Counted from the first letter of the stretch, positions 28,113 to 38,574 are shown. The stretch: DNA of 64,000 bases from Flavobacteriaceae bacterium (GCA_965178585.1 OZ238267.1:2355313-2419312), one strand, 5' to 3'. Numbers and translations are program-made. Notes: a model not told the origin generated them from the letters alone.

Positions 28113-29354
28113 ATGAAAAACATATACTATAACTATATAAGTTCCTTCAAAGGACTCTCCAAAGAAATTTGGTTTCTAGCATTTGTTACTTTTATTAACA
28201 GAGCTGGTACTATGATACTTCCTTTTTTAAGTAGGTACCTAAATGAGGAATTATCATTTAATCTTGAAGATGTTGGTATAATACTTTCATTTTTTGGAAT
28301 TGGATCCCTTGTCGGACATTACTTAGGTGGAAAATTAACCGATAAAATAGGGTTTTATAATGTAATGGCTAGAAGCCTATTTACAACAGGAATTCTATTT
28401 ATTGGACTTCAGTTTATAACCTCATTTTGGGCCTTATGTTTTAGTGTGTTTTTTATAATGAGTATTGCAGATATGTTTAGACCTGCATTATTTGTTTCAC
28501 TTAAAGCCTATAGTAAGCCAGAAAATCAAACCCGTTCCTTAGCTTTGATAAGATTAGCGATCAATCTTGGTTTTATTTTCGGACCTATAGTTGGTGGTTT
28601 TTTAATCGTAAAAACAGGGTATGATACCTTATTTTGGATAGATGGAATTACTTGTATATTGTCTACAGTTTTATTTTTGTTTCTGGTAAAAAAGAAAGAA
28701 CTACACAGTCATAAAGAGAAAAAAGAAGTATCAGATAGTAATTCTAAATTCAGATTAATCAGCGATAAACCTTATTTAGTATTCTTAGGAATTAGCTTTT
28801 TAATGGGAATGGTTTTTATGCAATTGTTTTTTACTATGCCAACTTATCATTATAAACAATTTGGATTATCTGAAGACTATACAGGCTTATTAATGCTATT
28901 TAATGGAATTTTAATTGTTCTATTTGAAATGCCACTAGTAAGTTGGATTGAAAATAAAAATACTTCTAAGCCAAAATTGTTTCTATATAGTTCATTTTTG
29001 ATGGGCATTAGTTTTGTTTTTTTATTTTATGATATGTATTGGCAAGTATTGATATTGCATATGATCTTAATTACTTTTGGAGAAATGATATCGTTTCCCT
29101 TTACAAATTCATTTGCTATGGATAGAGCAAAAAAAGGGTATGAAGGAACTTATATGGCCTGGTATTCTATTTCATTTTCATTTGCACATATACTTTGTCC
29201 GATATTAAGTTTTAAAATTATCGAATTATTTGGGTATAAAACCAACTGGGCCTTAACTGCAATTTATGGACTTTTAGCAATGGGTTTATCTTACTGGTTA
29301 TATCGTATTTTAAAAAAATCAACTAATTTTAAAACTTCTAAACCACAGATATGA
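28113..29354 (+). CDS. MFS transporter.
   Basis: It is 413 aa with about 12 TM helices and an MFS loop 2-3 motif (GGKLTDKIG). Confidence 0.8.
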   Translation: MKNIYYNYISSFKGLSKEIWFLAFVTFINRAGTMILPFLSRYLNEELSFNLEDVGIILSFFGIGSLVGHYLGGKLTDKIGFYNVMARSLFTTGILFIGLQFITSFWALCFSVFFIMSIADMFRPALFVSLKAYSKPENQTRSLALIRLAINLGFIFGPIVGGFLIVKTGYDTLFWIDGITCILSTVLFLFLVKKKELHSHKEKKEVSDSNSKFRLISDKPYLVFLGISFLMGMVFMQLFFTMPTYHYKQFGLSEDYTGLLMLFNGILIVLFEMPLVSWIENKNTSKPKLFLYSSFLMGISFVFLFYDMYWQVLILHMILITFGEMISFPFTNSFAMDRAKKGYEGTYMAWYSISFSFAHILCPILSFKIIELFGYKTNWALTAIYGLLAMGLSYWLYRILKKSTNFKTSKPQI

Positions 29355-30112
29355 AATACTTAGCAATACTATTTTTGACTTTAAGTTTGAATTCTTGTTT
29401 AAATAATTCTGAAGAAAAAACAAAAGCAACACCCAAAACCTTAAATACTGAATTGAAAGTTAAAAAGTTTCCAAAATTAGATAGCACTAGATATAATGTT
29501 GGATTTCTTATTATGGACGGAACTTTTAACACAGAACTTACTGCTCCTTTCGATATTTTTCAGCATACCATTTTCAGGAAAAACATAAAAGCCATGAATG
29601 TTTTTACCGTGGCAAATACAGATGAAGCTGTTACTACTTTTGAAGGAATGAAAATAATACCTGACTATAATTATTTAAAAGATTCAATACCTAAAATTGA
29701 TATTCTGGTAGTTCCAAGTGCAGAACACCATTTAAATACCGATTTAGATGACGAAGAAATGATTCAATTTGTTAAGATGACGTCATCAAAAGCTTTGTTT
29801 ACTACTTCACATTGCGATGGCGCTTTTGTATTAGCTAAAGCAGATTTATTAGACCAAACTGTATCGACGACTTTCCCAAGTGATATTGATCAAATGCGAG
29901 AAATGTTTCCAAATTTAGATATAAGGAAAGATGTATTATTTGTACATGACGGCAAATTTATAACTTCTGCAGGTGGAGCTAAAAGCTTCGAAGCAGCTCT
30001 TTATCTATGCGAATATTTGTATGGAAAAAAAATTGCTGAAGAATTAGCAGGTGGATTAGTAATCGATTGGGATTTAAATAAAATACCTCATATTGTTATT
30101 AACGATAAGTAG
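29351..30112 (+). CDS. DJ-1/PfpI-family lipoprotein.
   Basis: It has a lipobox (SLNSC) and a nucleophile elbow (SHCDGAFVLA). It overlaps the MFS gene stop by 4 nt. Confidence 0.75.
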   Translation: MKYLAILFLTLSLNSCLNNSEEKTKATPKTLNTELKVKKFPKLDSTRYNVGFLIMDGTFNTELTAPFDIFQHTIFRKNIKAMNVFTVANTDEAVTTFEGMKIIPDYNYLKDSIPKIDILVVPSAEHHLNTDLDDEEMIQFVKMTSSKALFTTSHCDGAFVLAKADLLDQTVSTTFPSDIDQMREMFPNLDIRKDVLFVHDGKFITSAGGAKSFEAALYLCEYLYGKKIAEELAGGLVIDWDLNKIPHIVINDK

Positions 30113-30144
30113 AAAATATGAAGGATTTGTAATATCTTTATACT

Positions 30145-30822
30145 ATGAAAATAGATAATATCTGGTTTTTTGAAAAAGTTAATCTTTTTAATATGCTTTG
30201 TCCTCACAAATTCAAATCATATAAAAAATCTCATGAATTTAATAGTTATAAAAAACAAGAATATATTTATTTTGAAGAGGATAGTGCCAATAAAGTTTAT
30301 TTAATAGAAAAAGGAAAAGTGAAAATTGGTTATTACACCGAAGCGGGTGATGAAGTAATAAAAGCAATTCTCGCAAAAGGCGAGTTATTTGGTGAAAAAG
30401 CTATTTTAGGTGAAGAACGAAGAGAAGAATTTGCTAAATCTGTAGATAACAGTACTTCAATTTGCCCTGTAGATGTTGATACGATGCTAGATCTAATGCG
30501 CGACAACAAACCTTTCAGCTTTAAAACTTATAAGCTTATAGGGTTTAGAATCAAACGACTTGAACGCAGGTTAGAATTAATCATGTTTAAAGATACTAAA
30601 ACTCGATTATTAGAATTTTTAGATGAATTATGCGAAGATTACGGTTATGATTGTGAAGAAACTGGAAATAAAATAATTGATCACCCATATACTCAAAAAG
30701 AAATAGCTTCTTTAATTGGTACCTCAAGGCCTACTTTAAATGTCACTTTAAATGAACTTAAAGAAGAAAAGAAAATAGATTTCAACCGCAATCAAATCAC
30801 TATTTTTAAAAATATTGCCTAA
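30145..30822 (+). CDS. Crp/Fnr-family transcriptional regulator.
   Basis: It has a cNMP-binding beta-barrel (GELFGEKAILG) and a C-terminal HTH (TQKEIASLIGTSRPTLNVTLNELK). Confidence 0.8.
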   Translation: MKIDNIWFFEKVNLFNMLCPHKFKSYKKSHEFNSYKKQEYIYFEEDSANKVYLIEKGKVKIGYYTEAGDEVIKAILAKGELFGEKAILGEERREEFAKSVDNSTSICPVDVDTMLDLMRDNKPFSFKTYKLIGFRIKRLERRLELIMFKDTKTRLLEFLDELCEDYGYDCEETGNKIIDHPYTQKEIASLIGTSRPTLNVTLNELKEEKKIDFNRNQITIFKNIA

Positions 30823-30840
30823 TGTTAGCTAGCTAACATT
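30821..30840 (+). promoter_or_regulatory. Perfect 20-bp palindrome with a TGTTA-N6-TAACA core. It is a candidate Crp/Fnr-type operator, or alternatively a weak terminator.
   Basis: aatgttagctagctaacatt overlaps the crp-like stop codon. Its centre is about 30 bp upstream of the -7 box at 30860-30867. Confidence 0.4.
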
Positions 30841-30859
30841 TTAAAACATTACCATCATG

Positions 30860-30867
30860 TAGTTTTG
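30860..30867 (+). promoter_or_regulatory. Candidate -7 box (TAgtTTTG) for the 292-aa lipoprotein gene.
   Basis: tagttttg ends 27 nt upstream of the ATG at 30894. Confidence 0.4.
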
Positions 30868-30893
30868 TTGTATAATTTACTTTAAACAATAAA

Positions 30894-31772
30894 ATGATGA
30901 TTAGAAAAATGTTTTTTACCTTATTAACTATTGGCATATTCGCAACCTCTTGTAGTAGTGATGATGATAATTCAACAACTACAGCAAATTTGACACTTAA
31001 CTTGAATGGTTTAGAAGAACTAGGAGATGATTTTGTATATGAAGGATGGATTATAGTAGATGGAAGTCCAGTTTCTACAGGTACTTTCTCAAGTGTAAAC
31101 TTCCCTCAATCATTTTCTGTAAATTCAACTCAATTAAATGAAGCAACAACTTTCGTTTTATCAATTGAGCCAGCAATAGATCCTGATCCAGCACCAGCAG
31201 CTACAAAAATTTTAGCAGGTGATTTTTCTGGAAACTCTGCTACAGTAAATTCTAATGGATTAGTTGGTGATTTTAGTGCCTCAACCGGAAAATATATCCT
31301 TGCAACTCCTACTGATGGAAATGGAGATATAGATGAATCAAGCGGGGTTTGGTTTATAGATAATTCTTCAGGAAGTGCTATTGCAGGACTAGATTTACCT
31401 ACTTTAGATGATGGTTGGAAATATGAAGGATGGGCAGTAATAGACGGCCAACCTGTTAGTACAGGAACTTTCAGTTCAACTTCAAGTGAAGATGATAATG
31501 CTAGTACATCCCCTTATAAAGGTGATGTAAATAATGGGCCTCCATTTCCAGGAGAAGATTATTTACAAAATGCCCCAAGTGGATTAACATTCCCTACAGA
31601 TTTAAAAGGGATGACTATTGTAATATCTGTAGAACCTAATCCAGATAACAGCCCACTACCATTTACATTCAAACCTTTAGCTCATCAAGTTCCTACAAAT
31701 GCTGAAAATCATACCGTAATAAATATGGGAACAGGCCCTGTTTCTAGTTTAACATGTACGGTTACAAAATAA
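30894..31772 (+). CDS. Lipoprotein with two internally duplicated modules. Function unknown; the core motif weakly resembles an RskA-like one.
   Basis: It has a lipobox (FATSC). YEGWIIVDGSPVSTGTFSS (residues 49-67) is repeated as YEGWAVIDGQPVSTGTFSS (residues 177-195). Confidence 0.5.
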   Translation: MMIRKMFFTLLTIGIFATSCSSDDDNSTTTANLTLNLNGLEELGDDFVYEGWIIVDGSPVSTGTFSSVNFPQSFSVNSTQLNEATTFVLSIEPAIDPDPAPAATKILAGDFSGNSATVNSNGLVGDFSASTGKYILATPTDGNGDIDESSGVWFIDNSSGSAIAGLDLPTLDDGWKYEGWAVIDGQPVSTGTFSSTSSEDDNASTSPYKGDVNNGPPFPGEDYLQNAPSGLTFPTDLKGMTIVISVEPNPDNSPLPFTFKPLAHQVPTNAENHTVINMGTGPVSSLTCTVTK

Positions 31773-31843
31773 TAATTCATATTTATATTTATTTGAACAA
31801 AATAATTGGTGTAGTTTTTATCTATGAAAAAGACTGCGCCATT

Positions 31844-32287
31844 TTATTTTGTTTTAGTTACAGCAGCATCCTCAATTACATTAGAAAGTACAATTTGAGT
31901 TTTAGTTTCTCCATAGCTTATTAATTGATCTATAAATTGTTCTAAGTGTTTTTGATTTTTTAACATTACTTCCATTACTATATTTTCATTTCCAGTAATC
32001 CGATAGCAATTTAAAACCTCATCAAATGTTTTAACTTTAGCTAAAAAAGGCTTCAATTTCCCCATAAAAGCCCTTAAAGTTATAAAAGCTTTTAATTGAT
32101 AACCTACTTCATAAGGAGAAACCATCGTTTTATACCCATTAATAATTCCAACATCTTCCATTTTTTTTATTCTTTCAGATATTGCTGGAGAACTAATACC
32201 TACAACCCTTCCTATTTCAGCATTGGATTGTCTAGCATTTGCCTGTAAGCATTTTAATATTTTCCAATTTAAAGCATCCATTAACAT
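31844..32287 (-). CDS. Lrp/AsnC-family transcriptional regulator.
   Basis: It has an N-terminal HTH (NARQSNAEIGRVVGISSPAISERIKKME) and a RAM/AsnC_trans_reg domain. Confidence 0.88.
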   Translation of the reverse strand: MLMDALNWKILKCLQANARQSNAEIGRVVGISSPAISERIKKMEDVGIINGYKTMVSPYEVGYQLKAFITLRAFMGKLKPFLAKVKTFDEVLNCYRITGNENIVMEVMLKNQKHLEQFIDQLISYGETKTQIVLSNVIEDAAVTKTK

Positions 32288-32378
32288 ATTAAAGTGTTTT
32301 AACTAAAATAACATTTTATTTAAAGCAAATATACATAATTGCTTTAAATATTAAAGTGCAAAAATATGTGTTCTTAAT

Positions 32379-32386
32379 TAATTTTG
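32379..32386 (+). promoter_or_regulatory. Candidate -7 box (TAatTTTG) for the 32415 gene.
   Basis: taattttg ends 29 nt upstream of the ATG at 32415. Confidence 0.35.
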
Positions 32387-32414
32387 TAAGAAACATTGTT
32401 ATAATAAATTGAAA

Positions 32415-32810
32415 ATGAACCCTGTTACCCCAAATAACAATCATATTTCGCCTATTCACAAAAAGGCTTTAGATATATTTACGCTTTCAAATCAGATTTC
32501 AAAATATCTAGTTCCTGATTTAGCAAAATTACAGCCTGATGGGTTTGAAGATCCTTATATTTATTTTACAGGAGATATTGTTCAACAATCAAATTCATTA
32601 GTTCCAGAAATTGTTCAAGCAGAAAGTAAAACCTTTTCGGAAGAAAGGCACCAACATATTTTATCACTTTCTCATTTAACTAACGTATTAGATAAGAACT
32701 GCGAACGATTGGAACGAATTAATAGTAACGGAAAGGAATTTTTACCTCTTTTACGAAAAGAACTTAAAAAATTCAGAAAATTACAGCACATTTGGATGTT
32801 GACACTTTAA
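32415..32810 (+). CDS. Hypothetical protein (131 aa from the first ATG).
   Basis: The ORF is divergent from lrp and I recognise no family. The ORF-track start at 32409 is a TTG two codons upstream. Confidence 0.4.
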   Translation: MNPVTPNNNHISPIHKKALDIFTLSNQISKYLVPDLAKLQPDGFEDPYIYFTGDIVQQSNSLVPEIVQAESKTFSEERHQHILSLSHLTNVLDKNCERLERINSNGKEFLPLLRKELKKFRKLQHIWMLTL

Positions 32811-32825
32811 AAACACCTAACAGCT

Positions 32826-34232
32826 TTATAGTTCATTTATAAATAATTTAAATTTTTCAAAATTCATATATTTCTGAAACTCTTTAGTATTTAGCAATAA
32901 TTCTTTATCATTAAACCCTTTTTCTTTAGCAAACTGAAGGTTTCTAATTAACTCTTCTTTATTATTAAGCATTGCATAATCTTTAGCTATTAAAAAATAT
33001 ATAAAAGCACTATTTGGCAACATAATTGCAACAATTTCATGACAATAAAGAGCTTTATTAAAATTTTCTTTTCTTAATTGAGAATACGATGATTCTATTG
33101 CCATAGCATACAAAGCATAATTAATTCGCTTTCTCATTTTTATATAACTACTATCATTAGAATTTTTATTCTCGTCATTAAACTTTTTTAATTCTTTATT
33201 CCACCATTTATAGTTAACTCTAATGTTCTTCGAATCTAATTCATTATTAAATCTTTCAATAAATTTTTTTCGAATTTTTGATTCTTCATTTTTTATGAAT
33301 TGATATTGATTTTTCTCGGTAGTATATTCTCTTCTATTTTTTATCTGAATGTTCTTTTTTTTAATACTATCCAAATCAAAATATCTAGAAAAATTTCTAA
33401 CTATTCTTTCATTTTCCCATACAGAATAAACTAATTGATTTTTAACTTCTAAATTTTTAGCAACATTATATGAATCTAAATAAAATTCATTTATTATCGA
33501 ATCATTCTTTTGTCTAAACTGTTTCTTATATAATTGCAGTTCTAACCAAAAAAAAGCTTTAAGTATTTGTTTTGAGGGAGGCCATCTATGGTCATCTTCA
33601 TAAATATATAGTTCATTATCAATTTGGAATTTATTTAACCATTCTCTTACCTTTAACATTTCTTGATAATTCATATCCCTATCACCTATTAATCCAACAT
33701 ATGAAAAATTTTCTTTGGTAATTGGAATATGTGGATTATTTGGTGAAAAGCCTGCTCCACATGCTATAACTCCTTGAATTTGCTTCGTTAAAACAGCAAC
33801 AGTTGTTGCTAATCTTGATCCACCTGAAAAACCTGCGGTGTAAACTAAATTTTTATCAATATTAAAAGAATCAAATACTGAATCAAACAATCTATTTATT
33901 ATTTTGAAATTATTCTCTAATGGTCCATTTCTATTATTATTGGAACAAATTAAAATATGATTAAACTTTTCTGAAGATTCAATAAATGGTTGAATACCTA
34001 TTTTACCTCTTGCTGCTGGTTCAAAAATAAAAACTATAGAAGATAACTTATTCTTACCAAATTTTTCAGGAAGATATAATGCGTAGGTCTCATTAGTATT
34101 TAAGACCTCAACTGAATCAATAATAACTCCTTTTGTATAAATATGATTTTGACTAAAAGAACTAAAACATATTGCAAATAAAAGCAACGTTAATCTGTGA
34201 ATTAAAAATTTCACTTTTCCTTTTTTAGTCAT
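32826..34232 (-). CDS. Secreted alpha/beta-hydrolase-like protein with a helical (TPR-like) C-terminal half.
   Basis: It has a signal peptide and a GFSGGS nucleophile-elbow-like motif in the N-terminal ~220 aa. The K/N/I-rich composition looks more AT-rich than the neighbouring genes. Confidence 0.45.
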   Translation of the reverse strand: MTKKGKVKFLIHRLTLLLFAICFSSFSQNHIYTKGVIIDSVEVLNTNETYALYLPEKFGKNKLSSIVFIFEPAARGKIGIQPFIESSEKFNHILICSNNNRNGPLENNFKIINRLFDSVFDSFNIDKNLVYTAGFSGGSRLATTVAVLTKQIQGVIACGAGFSPNNPHIPITKENFSYVGLIGDRDMNYQEMLKVREWLNKFQIDNELYIYEDDHRWPPSKQILKAFFWLELQLYKKQFRQKNDSIINEFYLDSYNVAKNLEVKNQLVYSVWENERIVRNFSRYFDLDSIKKKNIQIKNRREYTTEKNQYQFIKNEESKIRKKFIERFNNELDSKNIRVNYKWWNKELKKFNDENKNSNDSSYIKMRKRINYALYAMAIESSYSQLRKENFNKALYCHEIVAIMLPNSAFIYFLIAKDYAMLNNKEELIRNLQFAKEKGFNDKELLLNTKEFQKYMNFEKFKLFINEL

Positions 34233-34270
34233 TTGTAATTTATAATCAATTACAATAAAGGTACAAAAAG

Positions 34271-37200
34271 TTACATATTTCTTCGATACTGACCTCCCAC
34301 TTCAAATAAAGCCTTTGTAATTTCACCTAAAGTACAAGTTTTACAAACTTCCATTAAAGCTTCAAAAATATTTTCATTATGAATGGCTCTATTTTGTAAA
34401 TCAGCTAATATTATTGCAGATTCTTTTTTATTAGATTTATGTAAGTCATCAATAACACTTATTTGATATTGTTTTTCTTCTTCGGTAGCTCTAATTACTT
34501 CTCCTGGAATAACAGTTGGAGAACCTTTACTACTTAAAAAAGTATTTACACCAATAATTGGAAACTCTCCATTGTGCTTTAAAGTTTCATAATACAGACT
34601 TTCTTCTTGTATCATACTACGTTGGTACATCGTTTCCATGGCACCTAATACTCCACCCCTTTCGGTAATTCTATCAAACTCATTTAAAACTGCTTCCTCA
34701 ACTAGATCGGTAAGTTCTTCTATAATAAATGAACCTTGAATTGGATTTTCGTTTTTTGTCAACCCTAATTCTTTATTGATTATTAATTGAATTGCCATAG
34801 CTCTACGAACACTTTCTTCGGTAGGAGTTGTTATTGCTTCATCATAAGCGTTGGTGTGCAATGAGTTACAGTTATCATTGATAGCATATAGTGCTTGAAG
34901 AGTGGTTCTAATGTCATTAAAATCAATCTCTTGAGCGTGTAATGATCTTCCTGAAGTCTGAATATGATACTTCAACATTTGAGCTCTAGGATTTGCACCG
35001 TATTTAAGTTTTAATGCTTTCGACCAAATTTTACGAGCGACACGACCAATTACTGAATATTCAGGGTCAATACCGTTACTAAAAAAGAATGATAGATTCG
35101 GACCAAACTTATTAATGTCCATACCTCTTGAAAGATAATACTCTACATAAGTAAAACCATTTGCTAAAGTAAATGCTAATTGAGTTATTGGATTAGCTCC
35201 TGCCTCAGCAATATGATACCCTGAAATAGAAACTGAATAAAAATTACGTACTTCTTTTTCAATAAAATATTCCTGAACATCACCCATTAATCGAAGTGCA
35301 AACTCAGTTGAAAAAATACAGGTATTTTGTGCTTGATCTTCTTTTAATATATCTGCTTGTACCGTTCCTCTAACTTGTTTAAGTGTTTCGTATTTAATTT
35401 TAGTATAAACGTTTTCGGGCAACACTTGATCTCCGGTAACACCTAATAGCATCAACCCTAAACCATCATTCCCTTTAGGAATCTCACCTTGATAACTTGG
35501 TTGTTTGATTCCTTTTTCTTTATATATTTCTTTTATTTTCTTTTCAACCTCTTCTTCAAGATTATTCTCTTTTATGTACTTCTCACAATTCTGATCAATA
35601 GCAGCATTCATAAAAAACCCTAGAAGCATAGGTGCTGGTCCATTGATTGTCATACTAACCGAAGTCATAGCATGACTTAAATCGAAACCAGAATATAGTT
35701 TCTTTGCATCGTCTAAACAACAAATTGAAACTCCTGCATTACCAATTTTACCATAAATATCTGGGCGTTTATCAGGATCGTTCCCATAAAGAGTAACACT
35801 ATCAAATGCCGTTGAAAGTCTTTTAGCAGGCATTCCTAAACTTACATAATGAAAACGTCTATTCGTTCTTTCTGGACCTCCTTCACCGGCAAACATTCTT
35901 GTTGGATCTTCTCCAGTTCTTTTAAAAGGATATAATCCTGAAGTATAAGGAAATTCACCTGGAACATTTTCTTGTAATACCCATTTTAAGATATCTCCCC
36001 AAGCTTCATATTTTGGCAATGCTACTTTTGGAATTTGCAAATGAGATAAAGACTCTGTATGCGTTTGAATATTGATTTCTTTATCTCTTACTTTAAAAGA
36101 ATATACAGGCTCTTTATAACGATTTACCTTTTCTGACCATCCCAAAATCACTTCCCAATTATAGGGATCGAAATCCATTTTAATTTTGTCAAATTCTTTT
36201 ATAAGTAACTCTAATAAAATAATATTACTTTCATTGGTAATACTAGTTTTTAATTCTTCTTCGTTTAATCCATTTTTAGTAAAATGCGATTGTTTTATAT
36301 TACAACCAATTACAGAAGTTATAGTTTTATAAATTCCGTATAGTTTCTGTGCTACTTCAACTTGATCTAAAACTTTAGCATCATAATTTCTATTATTCTC
36401 TGAAATTTCAGATAAATATCGAACTCTAGAAGGAGGAATTACAAATATTTTTTCAGACATTTCTTCTGAAATCTCATACTTTGAAATTAACTTTGTATTT
36501 GTTTTCTTCACCAACTCATCCATGATTGCTTTATAAAGCTTGTTCATTCCTGGGTCGTTAAATTGTGAAGCTATGGTTCCATATACAGGCAAATCTTCTT
36601 GAGATATATCCCACAAGTTATTATTACGCATGTATTGTTTTTTAACATCACGTAAAGCATCTAAAGCCCCTCTTTTATCAAATTTATTGATGGCGACTAA
36701 ATCGGCAAAATCTAACATGTCAATTTTTTCTAACTGAGTAGCTGCACCAAATTCTGGAGTCATTACATATAATGAAACATCACTATGTTCTATTATTTCA
36801 GTATCACTTTGTCCAATTCCAGAAGTTTCTAAAATTATAATATCATACTCTGAAGCCTTTAAAACTTCAATAGCTTGAGAAACATATTTTGATAAAGCTA
36901 AATTACTTTGACGAGTTGCTAAAGAACGCATATAAACACGATCTGAATTAATTGCATTCATTCGAATACGATCACCCAGTAAAGCACCTCCAGTTTTTCT
37001 TTTTGAAGGATCTACAGATATAATTCCAATAGTTTTTTCTGGAAAATCTATTAAGAATCGTCTAACCAATTCGTCTACTAAAGAAGATTTTCCTGCACCA
37101 CCTGTACCGGTAATTCCTAATACAGGAATTTTTGAGGTTTTATTTTTTTTATGAATAGCTTCTAGGGCTTCTTTTGCAATTTCAGGGAAATTTTCGGCAG

Positions 37201-37714
37201 CTGAAATAACTCTTGCAATTGCTCCCGGTTTCTTTTCTGACAGCAATGAAACTTCATTTGTTAATGTGTTTCCAATAGGAAAATCAGATCTTTTAACCAA
37301 ATCATTGATCATTCCTTGAAGCCCCATTTCTCTTCCATCATCTGGAGAATAAATTCTTTCAATACCATAATTTTGTAATTCCTCAATTTCTGAAGGAAGA
37401 ATTACACCTCCACCTCCACCAAAAATCTTTATTTGGGAAGCTCCTCTTTCTTTAAGTAAATCATACATATACTTAAAATACTCATTGTGCCCTCCTTGGT
37501 AAGAAGTTAAAGCAATGGCATTTGCATCTTCTTGTATAGCGGTATTAACAACTTCTTCTACGCTTCTATCGTGACCTAAATGGATTACCTCAACACCTGT
37601 TGCTTGTATAATTCGACGCATAATATTTATAGAAGCATCATGACCATCAAATAATGAAGCGGCAGTTACTATTCGAACTTTATTTTTAGGTTGATATATC
37701 GGTGTTTGTTGCAT
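34271..37714 (-). CDS. icmF: Fused isobutyryl-CoA mutase IcmF (B12-binding domain, MeaB-like GTPase and mutase catalytic domain).
   Basis: It is 1147 aa. The N-terminal B12 domain has [14 protein letters not shown], the central P-loop is [13 protein letters not shown], and the C-terminal region is a methylmalonyl-CoA-mutase-like TIM barrel. Confidence 0.9.
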   Translation of the reverse strand: MQQTPIYQPKNKVRIVTAASLFDGHDASINIMRRIIQATGVEVIHLGHDRSVEEVVNTAIQEDANAIALTSYQGGHNEYFKYMYDLLKERGASQIKIFGGGGGVILPSEIEELQNYGIERIYSPDDGREMGLQGMINDLVKRSDFPIGNTLTNEVSLLSEKKPGAIARVISAAENFPEIAKEALEAIHKKNKTSKIPVLGITGTGGAGKSSLVDELVRRFLIDFPEKTIGIISVDPSKRKTGGALLGDRIRMNAINSDRVYMRSLATRQSNLALSKYVSQAIEVLKASEYDIIILETSGIGQSDTEIIEHSDVSLYVMTPEFGAATQLEKIDMLDFADLVAINKFDKRGALDALRDVKKQYMRNNNLWDISQEDLPVYGTIASQFNDPGMNKLYKAIMDELVKKTNTKLISKYEISEEMSEKIFVIPPSRVRYLSEISENNRNYDAKVLDQVEVAQKLYGIYKTITSVIGCNIKQSHFTKNGLNEEELKTSITNESNIILLELLIKEFDKIKMDFDPYNWEVILGWSEKVNRYKEPVYSFKVRDKEINIQTHTESLSHLQIPKVALPKYEAWGDILKWVLQENVPGEFPYTSGLYPFKRTGEDPTRMFAGEGGPERTNRRFHYVSLGMPAKRLSTAFDSVTLYGNDPDKRPDIYGKIGNAGVSICCLDDAKKLYSGFDLSHAMTSVSMTINGPAPMLLGFFMNAAIDQNCEKYIKENNLEEEVEKKIKEIYKEKGIKQPSYQGEIPKGNDGLGLMLLGVTGDQVLPENVYTKIKYETLKQVRGTVQADILKEDQAQNTCIFSTEFALRLMGDVQEYFIEKEVRNFYSVSISGYHIAEAGANPITQLAFTLANGFTYVEYYLSRGMDINKFGPNLSFFFSNGIDPEYSVIGRVARKIWSKALKLKYGANPRAQMLKYHIQTSGRSLHAQEIDFNDIRTTLQALYAINDNCNSLHTNAYDEAITTPTEESVRRAMAIQLIINKELGLTKNENPIQGSFIIEELTDLVEEAVLNEFDRITERGGVLGAMETMYQRSMIQEESLYYETLKHNGEFPIIGVNTFLSSKGSPTVIPGEVIRATEEEKQYQISVIDDLHKSNKKESAIILADLQNRAIHNENIFEALMEVCKTCTLGEITKALFEVGGQYRRNM

Positions 37715-37740
37715 GAAATTATTGTATTGTTTTCAGGCTG

Positions 37741-37748
37741 CAAATTTA
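37741..37748 (-). promoter_or_regulatory. Candidate -7 box (TAaaTTTG) for icmF.
   Basis: The minus strand reads taaatttg, ending 27 nt upstream of the ATG at 37714. Confidence 0.4.
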
Positions 37749-37865
37749 CAAAAAAGCGCGTACATATTTCAGATATATTATTTCATTAAAAAATCATTGA
37801 TTAAAAGATGCTTATGCCTATTTTTTCTTTTAAATAATTTACATCTTTGCAAAAAATAAACTACT

Positions 37866-38573
37866 ATGTATTTTAAAAAACTATCATTAATTTGCTTATC
37901 TATATTTACCATTTCTTGTGCAGAATTACAAGATGTAGTTAATTCTTTACCTACCGATACTACTAACGGAACCCTAGACATAGCTGGAGGTTTACGTCAA
38001 GCATTGGATTTGGGAATTGATAAACAAGTAACTAAACTAACTCAAAAAGATGGTTTTTATAAAAACAATTTAGTTAAAATTGTAATGCCTGATGAACTTA
38101 AAAAAGTAGACGAAGCATTACGAGCTATTGGTTTAGGAAGTTTAGCAGATGAAGGAATTAAAGCCTTAAATCGTACTGCAGAAGATGCTGTAAAAGAAGC
38201 AACACCTATTTTTGTAAGCGCTGTAAAAGACATTACTTTTACAGATGCTAAAAACATTTTATTAGGCTCAGACAATGCCGCTACCAATTATTTACAAGCA
38301 AAAACAAATAGTGCTCTTTATAATAAATTTCACCCTGTGATTAATAATTCGTTTGCAAAAGTAGGTGCAGATCAAATCTGGACAAACCTTATAACTAAGT
38401 ACAATACAATTCCTTTTGTAAACAAAGTAAACCCTGATCTAACAGATTACGTAACAACTGAAGCATTAAAAGGAGTTTACAAAATGATTTCTGTTGAAGA
38501 AAAAGAAATTAGAACCAATATTAGTTCTAGAACTACTTCACTACTGCAACAAGTATTTGCTTTGCAAGATTAA
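37866..38573 (+). CDS. DUF4197-like lipoprotein.
   Basis: It has a lipobox (FTISC) and is a helical protein with a GGLRQALDLGI motif. Family recognition is from memory. Confidence 0.55.
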   Translation: MYFKKLSLICLSIFTISCAELQDVVNSLPTDTTNGTLDIAGGLRQALDLGIDKQVTKLTQKDGFYKNNLVKIVMPDELKKVDEALRAIGLGSLADEGIKALNRTAEDAVKEATPIFVSAVKDITFTDAKNILLGSDNAATNYLQAKTNSALYNKFHPVINNSFAKVGADQIWTNLITKYNTIPFVNKVNPDLTDYVTTEALKGVYKMISVEEKEIRTNISSRTTSLLQQVFALQD

Positions 38574-38574
38574 T

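Noticed and set aside
37715-37865. Possible cobalamin riboswitch upstream of the B12-dependent icmF.
   Set aside because: The region is only 150 bp, extremely AT-rich, lacks a B12-box-like GCCACTG element and shows no multi-stem structure.
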